Shown here piece after piece: positions 9,701-21,140 of a DNA stretch of 64,000 nt. Under the pieces are notes generated by a model. It saw nothing but the letters and a program-made list of their open reading frames with translations. It ran no database searches and was not told where the DNA came from. The stretch comes from Squalus acanthias (taxonomy: Eukaryota), in the NCBI GenBank assembly GCA_030390025.1, contig JASTWF010000365.1, positions 310,001 through 374,000 of the forward strand, given 5' to 3'. Every line of letters starts with the position of its first letter. Positions within the stretch are counted from its first letter, which is position 1. A program made the translations under genes and the position numbers.

Positions 9701-12700
9701 GGAGCACCGCACTGTCGGAGGGGCAGTACTGAGGGAGCACCGCACTGTCGGAGGGGCAGTACTGAGGGAGCGCCGCACTGTGGGGGGGGCAGTACTGAGG
9801 GAGCGCCACACTGTCGGAGGGGCAGTACTGAGGGAGCGCCGCACTGTGGGAGGGGCAGTACTGAGGGAGCGCCGCACTGTCGGAGGGGCAGTACTGAGGG
9901 AGTGCCGCACTGTGGGAGGGGCAGTACTGAGGGAGCGCCGCACTGTCGGAGGGGCAGTACTGAGGGAGCGCCGCACTGTCGGAGGGGCAGTACCGAGGGA
10001 GCGCCGCACTGTCGGAGGGGCAGTACTGAGGGAGCGCCGCACTATCGGAGGGGCAGTACTGAGGGAGCGCCGCACTGTCGGAGGGGCAGTGCTGAAGGAG
10101 CGCCGCACTGTCGGAGGGGCAGTACTGAGGGAGCGCCGCACTGTCGGAGGGGCAGTACTGAGGGAGCGCCGCACTGTCGGAGGGGCAGTGCTGAAGGAGC
10201 GCCGCACTGTCGGAGGGGCAGTACTGAGGGAGCGCCGCACTGTCGGAGGGGCAGTACTAAGGTTGCGCCGCACTGTGGGAGTGGCAGTACTGAGGGAGCG
10301 CCGCACTGTCGGAACGGCAGTACTGAGGTAGTGCCGCACTGTGGGAGGGGCAGTACTGAGGGAGCACCGCACTGTTGGAGGAGCGGTACTGAGGGAGCGC
10401 CGCACTGTCGGAGGGGCAGTACTGAGGGAGCGCCGCACTGTCGGAGGGGCAGTACTGAGGGTGTGCCGCACTGGGGGATGGGCAGTACTGAGGGAGCACC
10501 GCACTGTCGGAGGGGCGGTACTGAGGGAGCGCCGCACTGTCGGAGGGGCAGTACTGAGGGAGCGCCGCACTGTCGGAGGGACAGTACTGAGGGAGCGCCG
10601 CACTGTTGGAGGGGCAGTACTGAGGGAGCGCCGCACTGTCGGAGGGTCAGTACTGAGGGAGTGCCGCACTGTTGGAGGGGCAGTACTGAGGGAGCGCCGC
10701 ACTGTTGGAGGGGCAGTACTGAGGGAGCGCCGCGCTGTCGGAGGGGCAGTACTGAGGGAGTGCCGCACTGTTGGAGGGGCAGTACTGAGGGAGCGCCGCA
10801 CTGTCGGAGGGGCAGTACTGAGGGAGCGCCGCGCTGTCGGAGGGGCAGTACTGAGGGAGCGCTGTGCTGAGGGAGTGCTTAACTGTCGGAGGGGCAGTAC
10901 TCAGGGAGCGCCGCACTGTCGGAGGGGCAGTACTGAGGGAGCGCCGCACTGTTGGAGGGGCAGTACTGAGGGAGCGCCGCACTGTCGGAGAGTCAGTACT
11001 GAGGGAACGCCGCACTGTCGGAGTGGCAGTACTGAGGGAGCGCCGCACTCTCGGAGGGGCAGTACTGAGGGAGCGCCACACTGTCGGAGGGGCAGTACTG
11101 AGGGAGCGCCGCACTGTCGGAGGGGCAGTACTGAGGGAGCGCCGCACTGTCGGAGGGGCAGTACTGAGGGAGCGCCGCACTGTCGGAGGGGCAGTGCTGA
11201 AGGAGCGCCGCACTGTCGGAGAGGCAGTACTGAGGGAGCGCCGCACTGTCGGAGGGGCATTACTGAGGGAGCGCCGCACTGTCGGAGGGGCAGTGCTGCA
11301 GGAGCGCCGCACTGTCGGAGGGACAGTACTGAGGGAGCGCCGCACTGTCGGAGGGGCAGTACTGATGGAGCGCCGCGCTGTCGGAGGGGCAGTACTGAGG
11401 GAGCGCTTGCTGAGGGAGCGCTGAACTGTCGGAGGGGCAGTACTCAGGGAGCGCCGCACTGTCGGAGGGGCAGTACTGGGGGAGCGCCGCACTGTTGGAG
11501 GGGCAGTACTGAGGGAGCACCGCACTGTCGGAGAGTCAGTACTGAGGGAACGCCGCACTGTCGGAGGGGTAGTACTGCGGGAGCGCCGCGCTGTCGGAGG
11601 GGCAGTACTGAGGGAGCGCTGTGCTGAGGGAGCGCTGAACTGTCGGAGGGGCAGTACTCAGGGAGCGCCGCACTGTCGGAGGGGCGGTACTGAGGGAGCG
11701 CCGCACAATCGGAGGGGCAGTACTGAGGGAGCGCCGTACTGTCGGAGGGGCAGTACTGAGGGAGCACCGCACTATCGGAGGGGCAGTACTGAGGGAGCGC
11801 CGCACTGTCGGAGGGGCAGTGCTGAAGGAGCGCCGCACTGTCGGAGGGGCAGTACTGAGGGAGCGCCGCACTGTCGGAGGGGCAGTACTGAGGGAGCGCC
11901 GCACTGTCGGAGGGGCAGTGCTGAAGGAGCGCCGCACTGTCGGAGGGGCAGTACTGAGGGAGCGCCGCACTGTCGGAGGGGCAGTACTGAGGGAGCAGCG
12001 CACTGTCGGAGGGGCAGTACTAAGGTTGCGCCGCACTGTGGGAGTGGCAGTACTGAGGGAGCGCCGCACTGTCGGAACGGCAGTACTGAGGAAGTGCCGC
12101 ACTGTGGGAGGGGCAGTACTGAGGGAGCACCGCACTGTTGGAGGAGCGGTACTGAGGGAGCGCCGCACTGTCGGAGGGGCAGTACTGAGGGAGCGCCGCA
12201 CTGGGGGATGGGCAGTACTGAGGGAGCACCGCACTGTCGGAGGGTCAGTACTGAGGGAGTGCCGCACTGTTGGAGGGGCAGTACTGAGGGAGCGCCGCAC
12301 TGTCGGAGGGGCAGTACTGAGGGAGCGCCGCGCTGTCGGAGGGGCAGTACTGAGGGAGCGCTGTGCTGAGGGAGCGCTTAACTGTCGGAGGGGCAGTACT
12401 CAGGGAGCGCCGCACTGTCGGAGGGGCAGTACTGAGGGAGCGCCGCACTGTTGGAGGGGCAGTACTGAGGGAGCGCCGCACTGTCGGAGAGTCAGTACTG
12501 AGGGAACGCCGCACTGTCGGAGTGGCAGTACTGAGGGAGCGCCGCACTCTCGGAGGGGCAGTACTGAGGGAGCGCCACACTGTCGGAGGGGCAGTACTGA
12601 GGGAGCGCCGCACTGTCGGAGGGGCAGTACTGAGGGAGCGCCGCACTGTCGGAGGGGCAGTACTGAGGGAGCGCCGCACTGTCGGAGGGGCAGTGCTGAA

Positions 12701-15700
12701 GGAGCGCCGCACTGTCGGAGAGGCAGTACTGAGGGAGCGCCGCACTGTCGGATGGGCATTACTGAGGGAGCGCCGCACTGTCGGAGGGGCAGTGCTGCAG
12801 GAGCGCCGCACTGTCGGAGGGACAGTACTGAGGGAGCGCCGCACTGTCGGAGGGGCAGTACTGATGGAGCGCCGCGCTGTCGGAGGGGCAGTACTGAGGG
12901 AGCGCTTGCTGAGGGAGCGCTGAACTGTCGGAGGGGCAGTACTCAGGGAGCGCCGCACTGTCGGAGGGGCAGTACTGGGGGAGCGCCGCACTGTTGGAGG
13001 GGCAGTACTGAGGGAGCACCGCACTGTCGGAGAGTCAGTACTGAGGGAACGCCGCACTGTCGGAGGGGTAGTACTGCGGGAGCGCCGCGCTGTCGGAGGG
13101 GCAGTACTGAGGGAGCGCTGTGCTGAGGGAGCGCTGAACTGTCGGAGGGGCAGTACTCAGGGAGCGCCGCACTGTCGGAGGGGCGGTACTGAGGGAGCGC
13201 CGCACAATCGGAGGGGCAGTACTGAGGGAGCGCCGTACTGTCGGAGGGGCAGTACTGAGGGAGCGCCGCACTGTCGGAGGGGCAGTACTGAGGGAGCGCC
13301 GCACTGTCGGAGGGGCAGTGCTGAAGGAGCGCCGCACTGTCGGAGGGGCAGTACTGAGGGAGCGCCGCACTGTCGGAGGGGCAGTACTGAGGGAGCGCCG
13401 CACTGTCGGAGGGGCAGTGCTGAAGGAGCGCCGCACTGTCGGAGGGGCAGTACTGAGGGAGCGCCGCACTGTCGGAGGGGCAGTACTAAGGTTGCGCCGC
13501 ACTGTGGGAGTGGCAGTACTGAGGGAGCGCCGCACTGTCGGAACGGCAGTACTGAGGTAGTGCCGCACTGTGGGAGGGGCAGTACTGAGGGAGCACCGCA
13601 CTGTTGGAGGAGCGGTACTGAGGGAGCGCCGCACTGTCGGAGGGGCAGTACTGAGGGAGCGCCGCACTGTCGGAGGGGCAGTACTGAGGGTGTGCCGCAC
13701 TGGGGGATGGGCAGTACTGAGGGAGCACCGCACTGTCGGAGGGGCGGTACTGAGGGAGCGCCGCACTGTCGGAGGGGCAGTACTGAGGGAGCGCCGCACT
13801 GTCGGAGGGGCAGTACTGAGGGAGCGCCGCACTGTTGGAGGGGCAGTACTGAGGGAGCGCCGCACTGTCGGAGGGTCAGTACTGAGGGAGTGCCGCACTG
13901 TTGGAGGGGCAGTACTGAGGGAGCGCCGCACTGTCGGAGGGGCAGTGCTGAAGGAGCGCCGCACTGTCGGAGGGGCAGTACTGAGGGAGCGCTGAACTGT
14001 CGGAGGGGCAGTACTCAGGGAGCGCCGCACTGTCGGAGGGGCAGTACTGAGGGAGCGCCGCACTGTCGGAGGGGCAGTGCTGAGGGAGCGCCGCACTGTC
14101 GGAGGGGCAGTACTGAGGGAGCGCCGCACTGTCGGAGGGGCAGTACTGAGGGAGCACCGCACTGTCGGAGGGGCGGTACTGAGGGAGCGCCGCACTGTCG
14201 GAGGGGCAGTACTGAGGGAGCGCCGCACTGTCGGAGGGGCAGTGCTGACGGAGCGCCGCACTGTCGGAGGGGCAGTGCTGAGGGAGCGCCGCACTGTCGG
14301 AGGGGCAGTACTGAGGGAGTGCCGCACTGTCGGAGGGGCAGTACTGAGGGAGTGCCGCACTGTCGGAGGGGCAGTACTGAGGGAGTGCTGCACTGTCGGA
14401 GGGGCAGTACTGAGGGAGTGCCACACTGTCGGAGGGGCAGTACTGAGGGAGCGCCGCACTGTCGGAGGGGCTGTACTGAGGGAGCGCCGCACTATCGGAG
14501 GGGCAGTGCTGAAGGAGCGCCGCACTGTCGGAGGGGCAGTACTGAGGGAGCACCGCACTGTCGGAGGGGCGGTACTGAGGGAGCGCCGCACTGTCGGAGG
14601 GGCAGTACTGAGGGAGTGCCGCACTGTTGGAGGGGCAGTACTGAGGGAGCGCCGCGCTGTCGGAGGGGCAGTACTGAGGGAGCGCTGTGCTGAGGGAGCG
14701 CTTAACTGTCGGAGGGGCAGTACTCAGGGAGCGCCGCACTGTCGGAGGGGCAGTACTGAGGGAGCGCCGCACTGTTGGAGGGGCAGTACTGAGGGAGCGC
14801 CGCACTGTCGGAGAGTCAGTACTGAGGGAACGCCGCACTGTCGGAGTGGCAGTACTGAGGGAGCGCCGCACTCTCGGAGGGGCAGTACTGAGGGAGCGCC
14901 ACACTGTCGGAGGGGCAGTACTGAGGGAGCGCCGCACTGTCGGAGGGGCAGTACTGAGGGAGCGCCGCACTGTCGGAGGGGCAGTACTGAGGGAGCGCCG
15001 CACTGTCGGAGGGGCAGTGCTGAAGGAGCGCCGCACTGTCGGAGAGGCAGTACTGAGGGAGCGCCGCACTGTCGGAGGGGCATTACTGAGGGAGCGCCGC
15101 ACTGTCGGAGGGGCAGTGCTGCAGGAGCGCCGCACTGTCGGAGGGACAGTACTGAGGGAGCGCCGCACTGTCGGAGGGGCAGTACTGATGGAGCGCCGCG
15201 CTGTCGGAGGGGCAGTACTGAGGGAGCGCTTGCTGAGGGAGCGCTGAACTGTCGGAGGGGCAGTACTCAGGGAGCGCCGCACTGTCGGAGGGGCAGTACT
15301 GGGGGAGCGCCGCACTGTTGGAGGGGCAGTACTGAGGGAGCACCGCACTGTCGGAGAGTCAGTACTGAGGGAACGCCGCACTGTCGGAGGGGTAGTACTG
15401 CGGGAGCGCCGCGCTGTCGGAGGGGCAGTACTGAGGGAGCGCTGTGCTGAGGGAGCGCTGAACTGTCGGAGGGGCAGTACTCAGGGAGCGCCGCACTGTC
15501 GGAGGGGCAGTACTGAGGGAGCGCCGCACTGTCGGAGGGGCAGTGCTGAAGGAGCGCCGCACTGTCGGAGGGGCAGTACTGAGGGAGCGCCGCACTGTCG
15601 GAGGGGCAGTACTGAGGGAGCACCGCACTGTCGGAGGGGCGGTACTGAGGGAGCGCCGCACTGTCGGAGGGGCAGTACTGAGGGAGCGCCGCACTGTCGG

Positions 15701-18700
15701 AGGGGCAGTGCTGACGGAGCGCCGCACTGTCGGAGGGGCAGTGCTGAGGGAGCGCCGCACTGTCGGAGGGGCAGTACTGAGGGAGTGCCGCACTGTCGGA
15801 GGGGCAGTACTGAGGGAGTGCCGCACTGTCGGAGGGGCAGTACTGAGGGAGTGCTGCACTGTCGGAGGGGCAGTACTGAGGGAGTGCCACACTGTCGGAG
15901 GGGCAGTACTGAGGGAGCGCCGCACTGTCGGAGGGGCTGTACTGAGGGAGCGCCGCACTATCGGAGGGGCAGTGCTGAAGGAGCGCCGCACTGTCGGAGG
16001 GGCAGTACTGAGGGAGCACCGCACTGTCGGAGGGGCGGTACTGAGGGATGCCGCACAATCGGAGGGGCAGTGCTGAAGGAGCGCCGCACTGTCGGAGGGG
16101 CAGTACTGAGGGAGCGCCGCACTGTCGGAGGGGCAGTACTGAGGGAGCACCGCACTGTCGGAGGGGCGGTACTGAGGGAGCGCCGCACTGTCGGAGGGGC
16201 AGTACTGAGGGAGCGCCGTACTATCGGAGGGGCAGTACTGAGGGAGCGCCGCACTGTCGGAGGGGCAGTACTGAGGGAGCGCCGCACTGTCGGAGGGGCA
16301 GTGCTGAAGGAGCGCCGCACTGTCGGAGGGGCAGTACTGAGGGAGCGCCGCACTGTCGGAGGGGCAGTACTGAGGGAGCGCCGCACTGTCGGAGGGGCAG
16401 TGCTGAAGGAGCGCCGCACTGTCGGAGGGGCAGTACTGAGGGAGCACCGCACTGTCGGAGGGGCAGTACTGAGGGAGCACCGCACTGTCGGAGGGGCAGT
16501 ACTGAGGGAGCGCCGCACTGTGGGAGGGGCAGTACTGAGGGAGCGCCACACTGTCGGAGGGGCAGTACTGAGGGAGTGCCGCACTGTGGGAGGGGCAGTA
16601 CTGAGGGAGCGCCGTACTGTCGGAGGGGCAGTACTGAGGGAGCGCCGCACTGTCGGAGGGGCAGTACCGAGGGAGCGCCGCACTGTCGGAGGGGCAGTAC
16701 TGAGGGAGCGCCGCACTGTCGGAGGGGCAGTACTGAGGGAGCACCGCACTATCGGAGGGGCAGTACTGAGGGAGCGCCGCACTGTCGGAGGGGCAGTGCT
16801 GATGGAGCGCCGCACTGTCGGAGGGGCAGTACTGAGGGAGCGCCGCACTGTCGGAGGGGCAGTACTGAGGGAGCGCCGCACTGTCGGAGGGGCAGTGCTG
16901 AAGGAGCGCCGCACTGTCGGAGGGGCAGTACTGAGGGAGCGCCGCACTGTCGGAGGGGCAGTACTGAGGGAGCAGCGCACTGTCGGAGGGGCAGTACTAA
17001 GGTTGCGCCGCACTGTGGGAGTGGCAGTACTGAGGGAGCGCCGCACTGTCGGAACGGCAGTACTGAGGAAGTGCCGCACTGTGGGAGGGGCAGTACTGAG
17101 GGAGCACCGCACTGTTGGAGGAGCGGTACTGAGGGAGCGCCGCACTGTCGGAGGGGCAGTACTGAGGGAGCGCCGCACTGTCGGAGGGGCAGTACTGAGG
17201 GTGTGCCGCACTGGGGGATGGGCAGTACTGAGGGAGCACCGCACTGTCGGAGGGGCGGTACTGAGGGAGCGCCGCACTGTCGGAGGGGCAGTACTGAGGG
17301 AGCGCCGCACTGTCGGAGGGGCAGTACTGAGGGAGCGCCGCACTGTTGGAGGGGCAGTACTGAGGGAGCGCCGCACTGTCGGAGGGTCAGTACTGAGGGA
17401 GTGCCGCACTGTTGGAGGGGCAGTACTGAGGGAGCGCCGCACTGTCGGAGGGGCAGTACTGAGGGAGCGCCGCGCTGTCGGAGGGGCAGTACTGAGGGAG
17501 CGCTGTGCTGAGGGAGCGCTTAACTGTCGGAGGGGCAGTACTCAGGGAGCGCCGCACTGTCGGAGGGGCAGTACTGAGGGAGCGCCGCACTGTTGGAGGG
17601 GCAGTACTGAGGGAGCGCCGCACTGTCGGAGAGTCAGTACTGAGGGAACGCCGCACTGTCGGAGTGGCAGTACTGAGGGAGCGCCGCACTCTCGGAGGGG
17701 CAGTACTGAGGGAGCGCCACACTGTCGGAGGGGCAGTACTGAGGGAGCGCCGCACTGTCGGAGGGGCAGTACTGAGGGAGCGCCGCACTGTCGGAGGGGC
17801 AGTACTGAGGGAGCGTCGCACTGTCGGAGGGGCAGTGCTGAAGGAGCGCCGCACTGTCGGAGAGGCAGTACTGAGGGAGCGCCGCACTGTCGGAGGGGCA
17901 TTACTGAGGGAGCGCCGCACTGTCGGAGGGGCAGTGCTGAGGGAGCGCTTGCTGAGGGAGCGCTGAACTGTCGGAGGGGCAGTACTCAGGGAGCGCCGCA
18001 CTGTCGGAGGGGCAGTACTGGGGGAGCGCCGCACTGTTGGAGGGGCAGTACTGAGGGAGCACCGCACTGTCGGAGAGTCAGTACTGAGGGAACGCCGCAC
18101 TGTCGGAGGGGTAGTACTGCGGGAGCGCCGCGCTGTCGGAGGGGCAGTACTGAGGGAGCGCTGTGCTGAGGGAGCGCTGAACTGTCGGAGGGGCAGTACT
18201 CAGGGAGCGCCGCACTGTCGGAGGGGCGGTACTGAGGGAGCGCCGCACAATCGGAGGGGCAGTACTGAGGGAGCGCCGTACTGTCGGAGGGGCAGTACTG
18301 AGGGAGCGCCGCACTGTCGGAGGGGCAGTACTGAGGGAGCGCCGCACTGTCGGAGGGGCAGTGCTGAAGGAGCGCCGCACTGTCGGAGGGGCAGTACTGA
18401 GGGAGCGCCGCACTGTCGGAGGGGCAGTACTGAGGGAGCGCCGCACTGTCGGAGGGGCAGTGCTGAGGGAGCGCCGCACTGTCGGAGGGGCAGTACTGAG
18501 GGAGCACCGCACTGTCGGAGGGGCAGTACTGAGGGAGCACCGCACTGTCGGAGGGGCAGTACTGAGGGAGCGCCGCACTGTGGGAGGGGCAGTACTGAGG
18601 GAGCGCCACACTGTCGGAGGGGCAGTACTGAGGGAGCGCCGCACTGTGGGAGGGGCAGTACTGAGGGAGCGCCGCACTGTCGGAGGGGCAGTACTGAGGG

Positions 18701-20152
18701 AGCGCCGCACTGTGGGAGGGGCAGTACTGAGGGAGCGCCGCACTGTCGGAGGGGCAGTACTGAGGGAGTGCCGCACTGTGGGAGGGGCAGTACTGAGGGA
18801 GCGCCGCACTGTCGGAGGGGCAGTACTGAGGGAGCGCCGCACTGTCGGAGGGGCAGTACTGAGGGAGCGCCGCACTGTGGGAGGGGCAGTACTGAGGGAG
18901 CGCCGCACTGTCGGAGGGTCAGTACTGAGGGAGTGCCGCACTGTTGGAGGGGCAGTACTGAGGGAGCGCCGCACTGTTGGAGGGGCAGTACTGAGGGAGC
19001 GCCGCGCTGTCGGCGGGGCAGTACTGAGGGAGCGCTGTGTTGAGGGAGCGCTTAACTGTCGGAGGGGCAGTACTCAGGGAGCGCCGCACTGTCGGAGGGG
19101 CAGTACTGAGGGAGCGCCGCACTGTTGGAGGGGCAGTACTGAGGGAGCGCCGCTCTGTCGGAGAGTCAGTACTGAGGGAACGCCGCACTGTCGGAGTGGC
19201 AGTACTGAGGGAGCGCCGCACTCTCGGAGGGGCAGTACTGAGGGAGCGCCACACTGTCGGAGGGGCAGTACTGAGGGAGCGCCGCACTGTCGGAGGGGCA
19301 GTACTGAGGGAGCGCCGCACTGTCGGAGGGGCAGTACTGAGGGAGCGCCGCACTGTCGGAGGGGCAGTGCTGAAGGAGCGCCGCACTGTCGGAGAGGCAG
19401 TACTGAGGGAGCGCCGCACTGTCGGAGGGGCATTACTGAGGGAGCGCCGCACTGTCGGAGGGGCAGTGCTGCAGGAGCGCCGCACTGTCGGAGGGACAGT
19501 ACTGAGGGAGCGCCGCACTGTCGGAGGGGCAGTACTGATGGAGCGCCGCGCTGTCGGAGGGGCAGTACTGAGGGAGCGCTTGCTGAGGGAGCGCTGAACT
19601 GTCGGAGGGGCAGTACTCAGGGAGCGCCGCACTGTCGGAGGGGCAGTACTGGGGGAGCGCCGCACTGTTGGAGGGGCAGTACTGAGGGAGCACCGCACTG
19701 TCGGAGAGTCAGTACTGAGGGAACGCCGCACTGTCGGAGGGGTAGTACTGCGGGAGCGCCGCGCTGTCGGAGGGGCAGTACTGAGGGAGCGCTGTGCTGA
19801 GGGAGCGCTGAACTGTCGGAGGGGCAGTACTCAGGGAGCGCCGCACTGTCGGAGGGGCAGTACTGAGGGAGCGCCGCACTGTTGGAGGGGCAGTACTGAG
19901 GGAGCGCCGCACTGTCGGAGAGTCAGTACTGAGGGAACGCCGCACTTTCGGAGTGGCAGTACTGAGGGAGCGCCGCACTCTCGGAGGGGCAGTACTGAGG
20001 GAGCGCCACACTGTCGGAGGGGCAGTACTGAGTGAGGGCCCGACTGTCGGAGGGGCAGTACTGAGGAAGCGCCGCACTATCGGAGAGGCAGTACTGAGGA
20101 AGCGCCGCACTGTCGGAGGGGCAGTACTGAGGGAGCGCCGCACTGTCGGAGG
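6738..20152 (+). repeat. 33-bp minisatellite A, ~400 units with higher-order block structure
   Basis: Consensus GCAGTACTGAGGGAGCGCCGCACTGTCGGAGGG; unit count estimated from length/33. Confidence 0.97.
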
Positions 20153-21140
20153 TGCCGTTTTTCAGATGAAACCTTCAACCGAGGCCCCGTCTGCCCTCTC
20201 AGGTGGACGTAAAAGTTCCCACGACAACTATTTGAAGAAGAGCAGGGGGAGAGTTCTCCCCGGTGTCCTGGGGCCAATATTTATCCCTCAACCAACATCA
20301 CTAAAAACAGATGATCTGGTTATCATCACATTGCTGTTTGTGGGAGCTTGCTGTGCGCAAATTGGCTGCCGCGTTTCCTACTTTACAACACTGACTACAC
20401 TTCAAAAAATGTACTTCTTTGGCTGTGAAGCGCTTTGGGATGTCCTGAGGTGGTGAAAGGCGGTTTATAATTGGAAGCAGTATCTTTCTGCTTCCTACAT
20501 CACCCCAATAGAATGTTTCGCTCCAATTCAACCCATAAAGGGTCAACCAAGCAGGAAGAGAGTCCTTTGCCTCGTCACTGCCCCTGCAACAACGCCACCT
20601 AACCTGGCATGGGCTTGAAACACTAGAACCAGTCGGAATCGGAGCCTGCCCTACATTAGTCACATCAGGAACACTCGATTCCTTCAGGAGCCTCTCCAAG
20701 GGAGCAGGAAGTAAATCCTCCCACCTGCTCGTGTCTCATTCCCTCGAACCCCGCCTGCTTACATGTACAAAGCACCTGCATCAGCGATGGTGGAGTCTGA
20801 AAGGGCAAGAGGCATTTGGAGAGTCCCTGGACAGATAATGGGCAGCAGGGGAATTCCCAAACCGGGAAGTAGAGAAGGGGATTCCCAGGCCAGGTCCTCT
20901 TGCCAGGAGGGATGGGAGTGGCTATTCGATAAGTGGCCTGATTGTGAGGGTGGAATCGCATGCATCTTTGAAATGTTTTCACTGGATGCTGGCAAAAAAC
21001 AAAGGATGAAGCAAACTTAACCCATTTAAGTGTCAGCTGTGGCTCAGTGGGTAGCACACTCGCCTCTGAGTCAGAAGGTTGTGGGTTCAAGTCCCACTCC
21101 AGGGACTTGAGCACAAAAATTCAGGCCAACATGCCCAGTG
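20153..21140 (+). repeat. Segmental duplication copy 1 (SINE tail + ~540-bp unique spacer + SINE head)
   Basis: Repeated at offset 3460 (23613-24598) with roughly 9 differences by eye. Confidence 0.92.
20849..20886. promoter_or_regulatory. Paired NF-kB motifs with an intervening ETS-type GGAAGT
   Basis: GGGAATTCCC 20849-20858, GGGAAGT 20864-20870, GGGGATTCCC 20877-20886; both kB sites fit GGGRNNYYCC. Confidence 0.5.

Larger units (their letters stand above)
5776..20488 (+). mobile_element. SINE copy 4, inflated to ~14.7 kb by a CR1 insertion and a ~13.4-kb internal array
   Basis: Head 5776-5848 (TGGCTCAGTAGG, GGTTCAAGTCC) resumes at 6684 (AGACTAGAGCCCAAAGTCTAGGACTGACACTCC); array 6738-20152; core and tail 20153-20488. 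Confidence 0.85.

Noticed and set aside
6738..20152. CTCF half-site, chi-like minisatellite core (GGAGGGGCAG) and G-quadruplex potential in repeat A
   Set aside because: Only the 3' half of the CTCF core matches, the minisatellite-core similarity is short, and G-runs are separated by 9- and 17-nt loops; not supportable without computation.
21031..21105. tRNA gene-like sequence with A and B boxes (also 4551, 5776, 24489)
   Set aside because: These are SINE heads continuous with the SINE body, not stand-alone tRNA genes.
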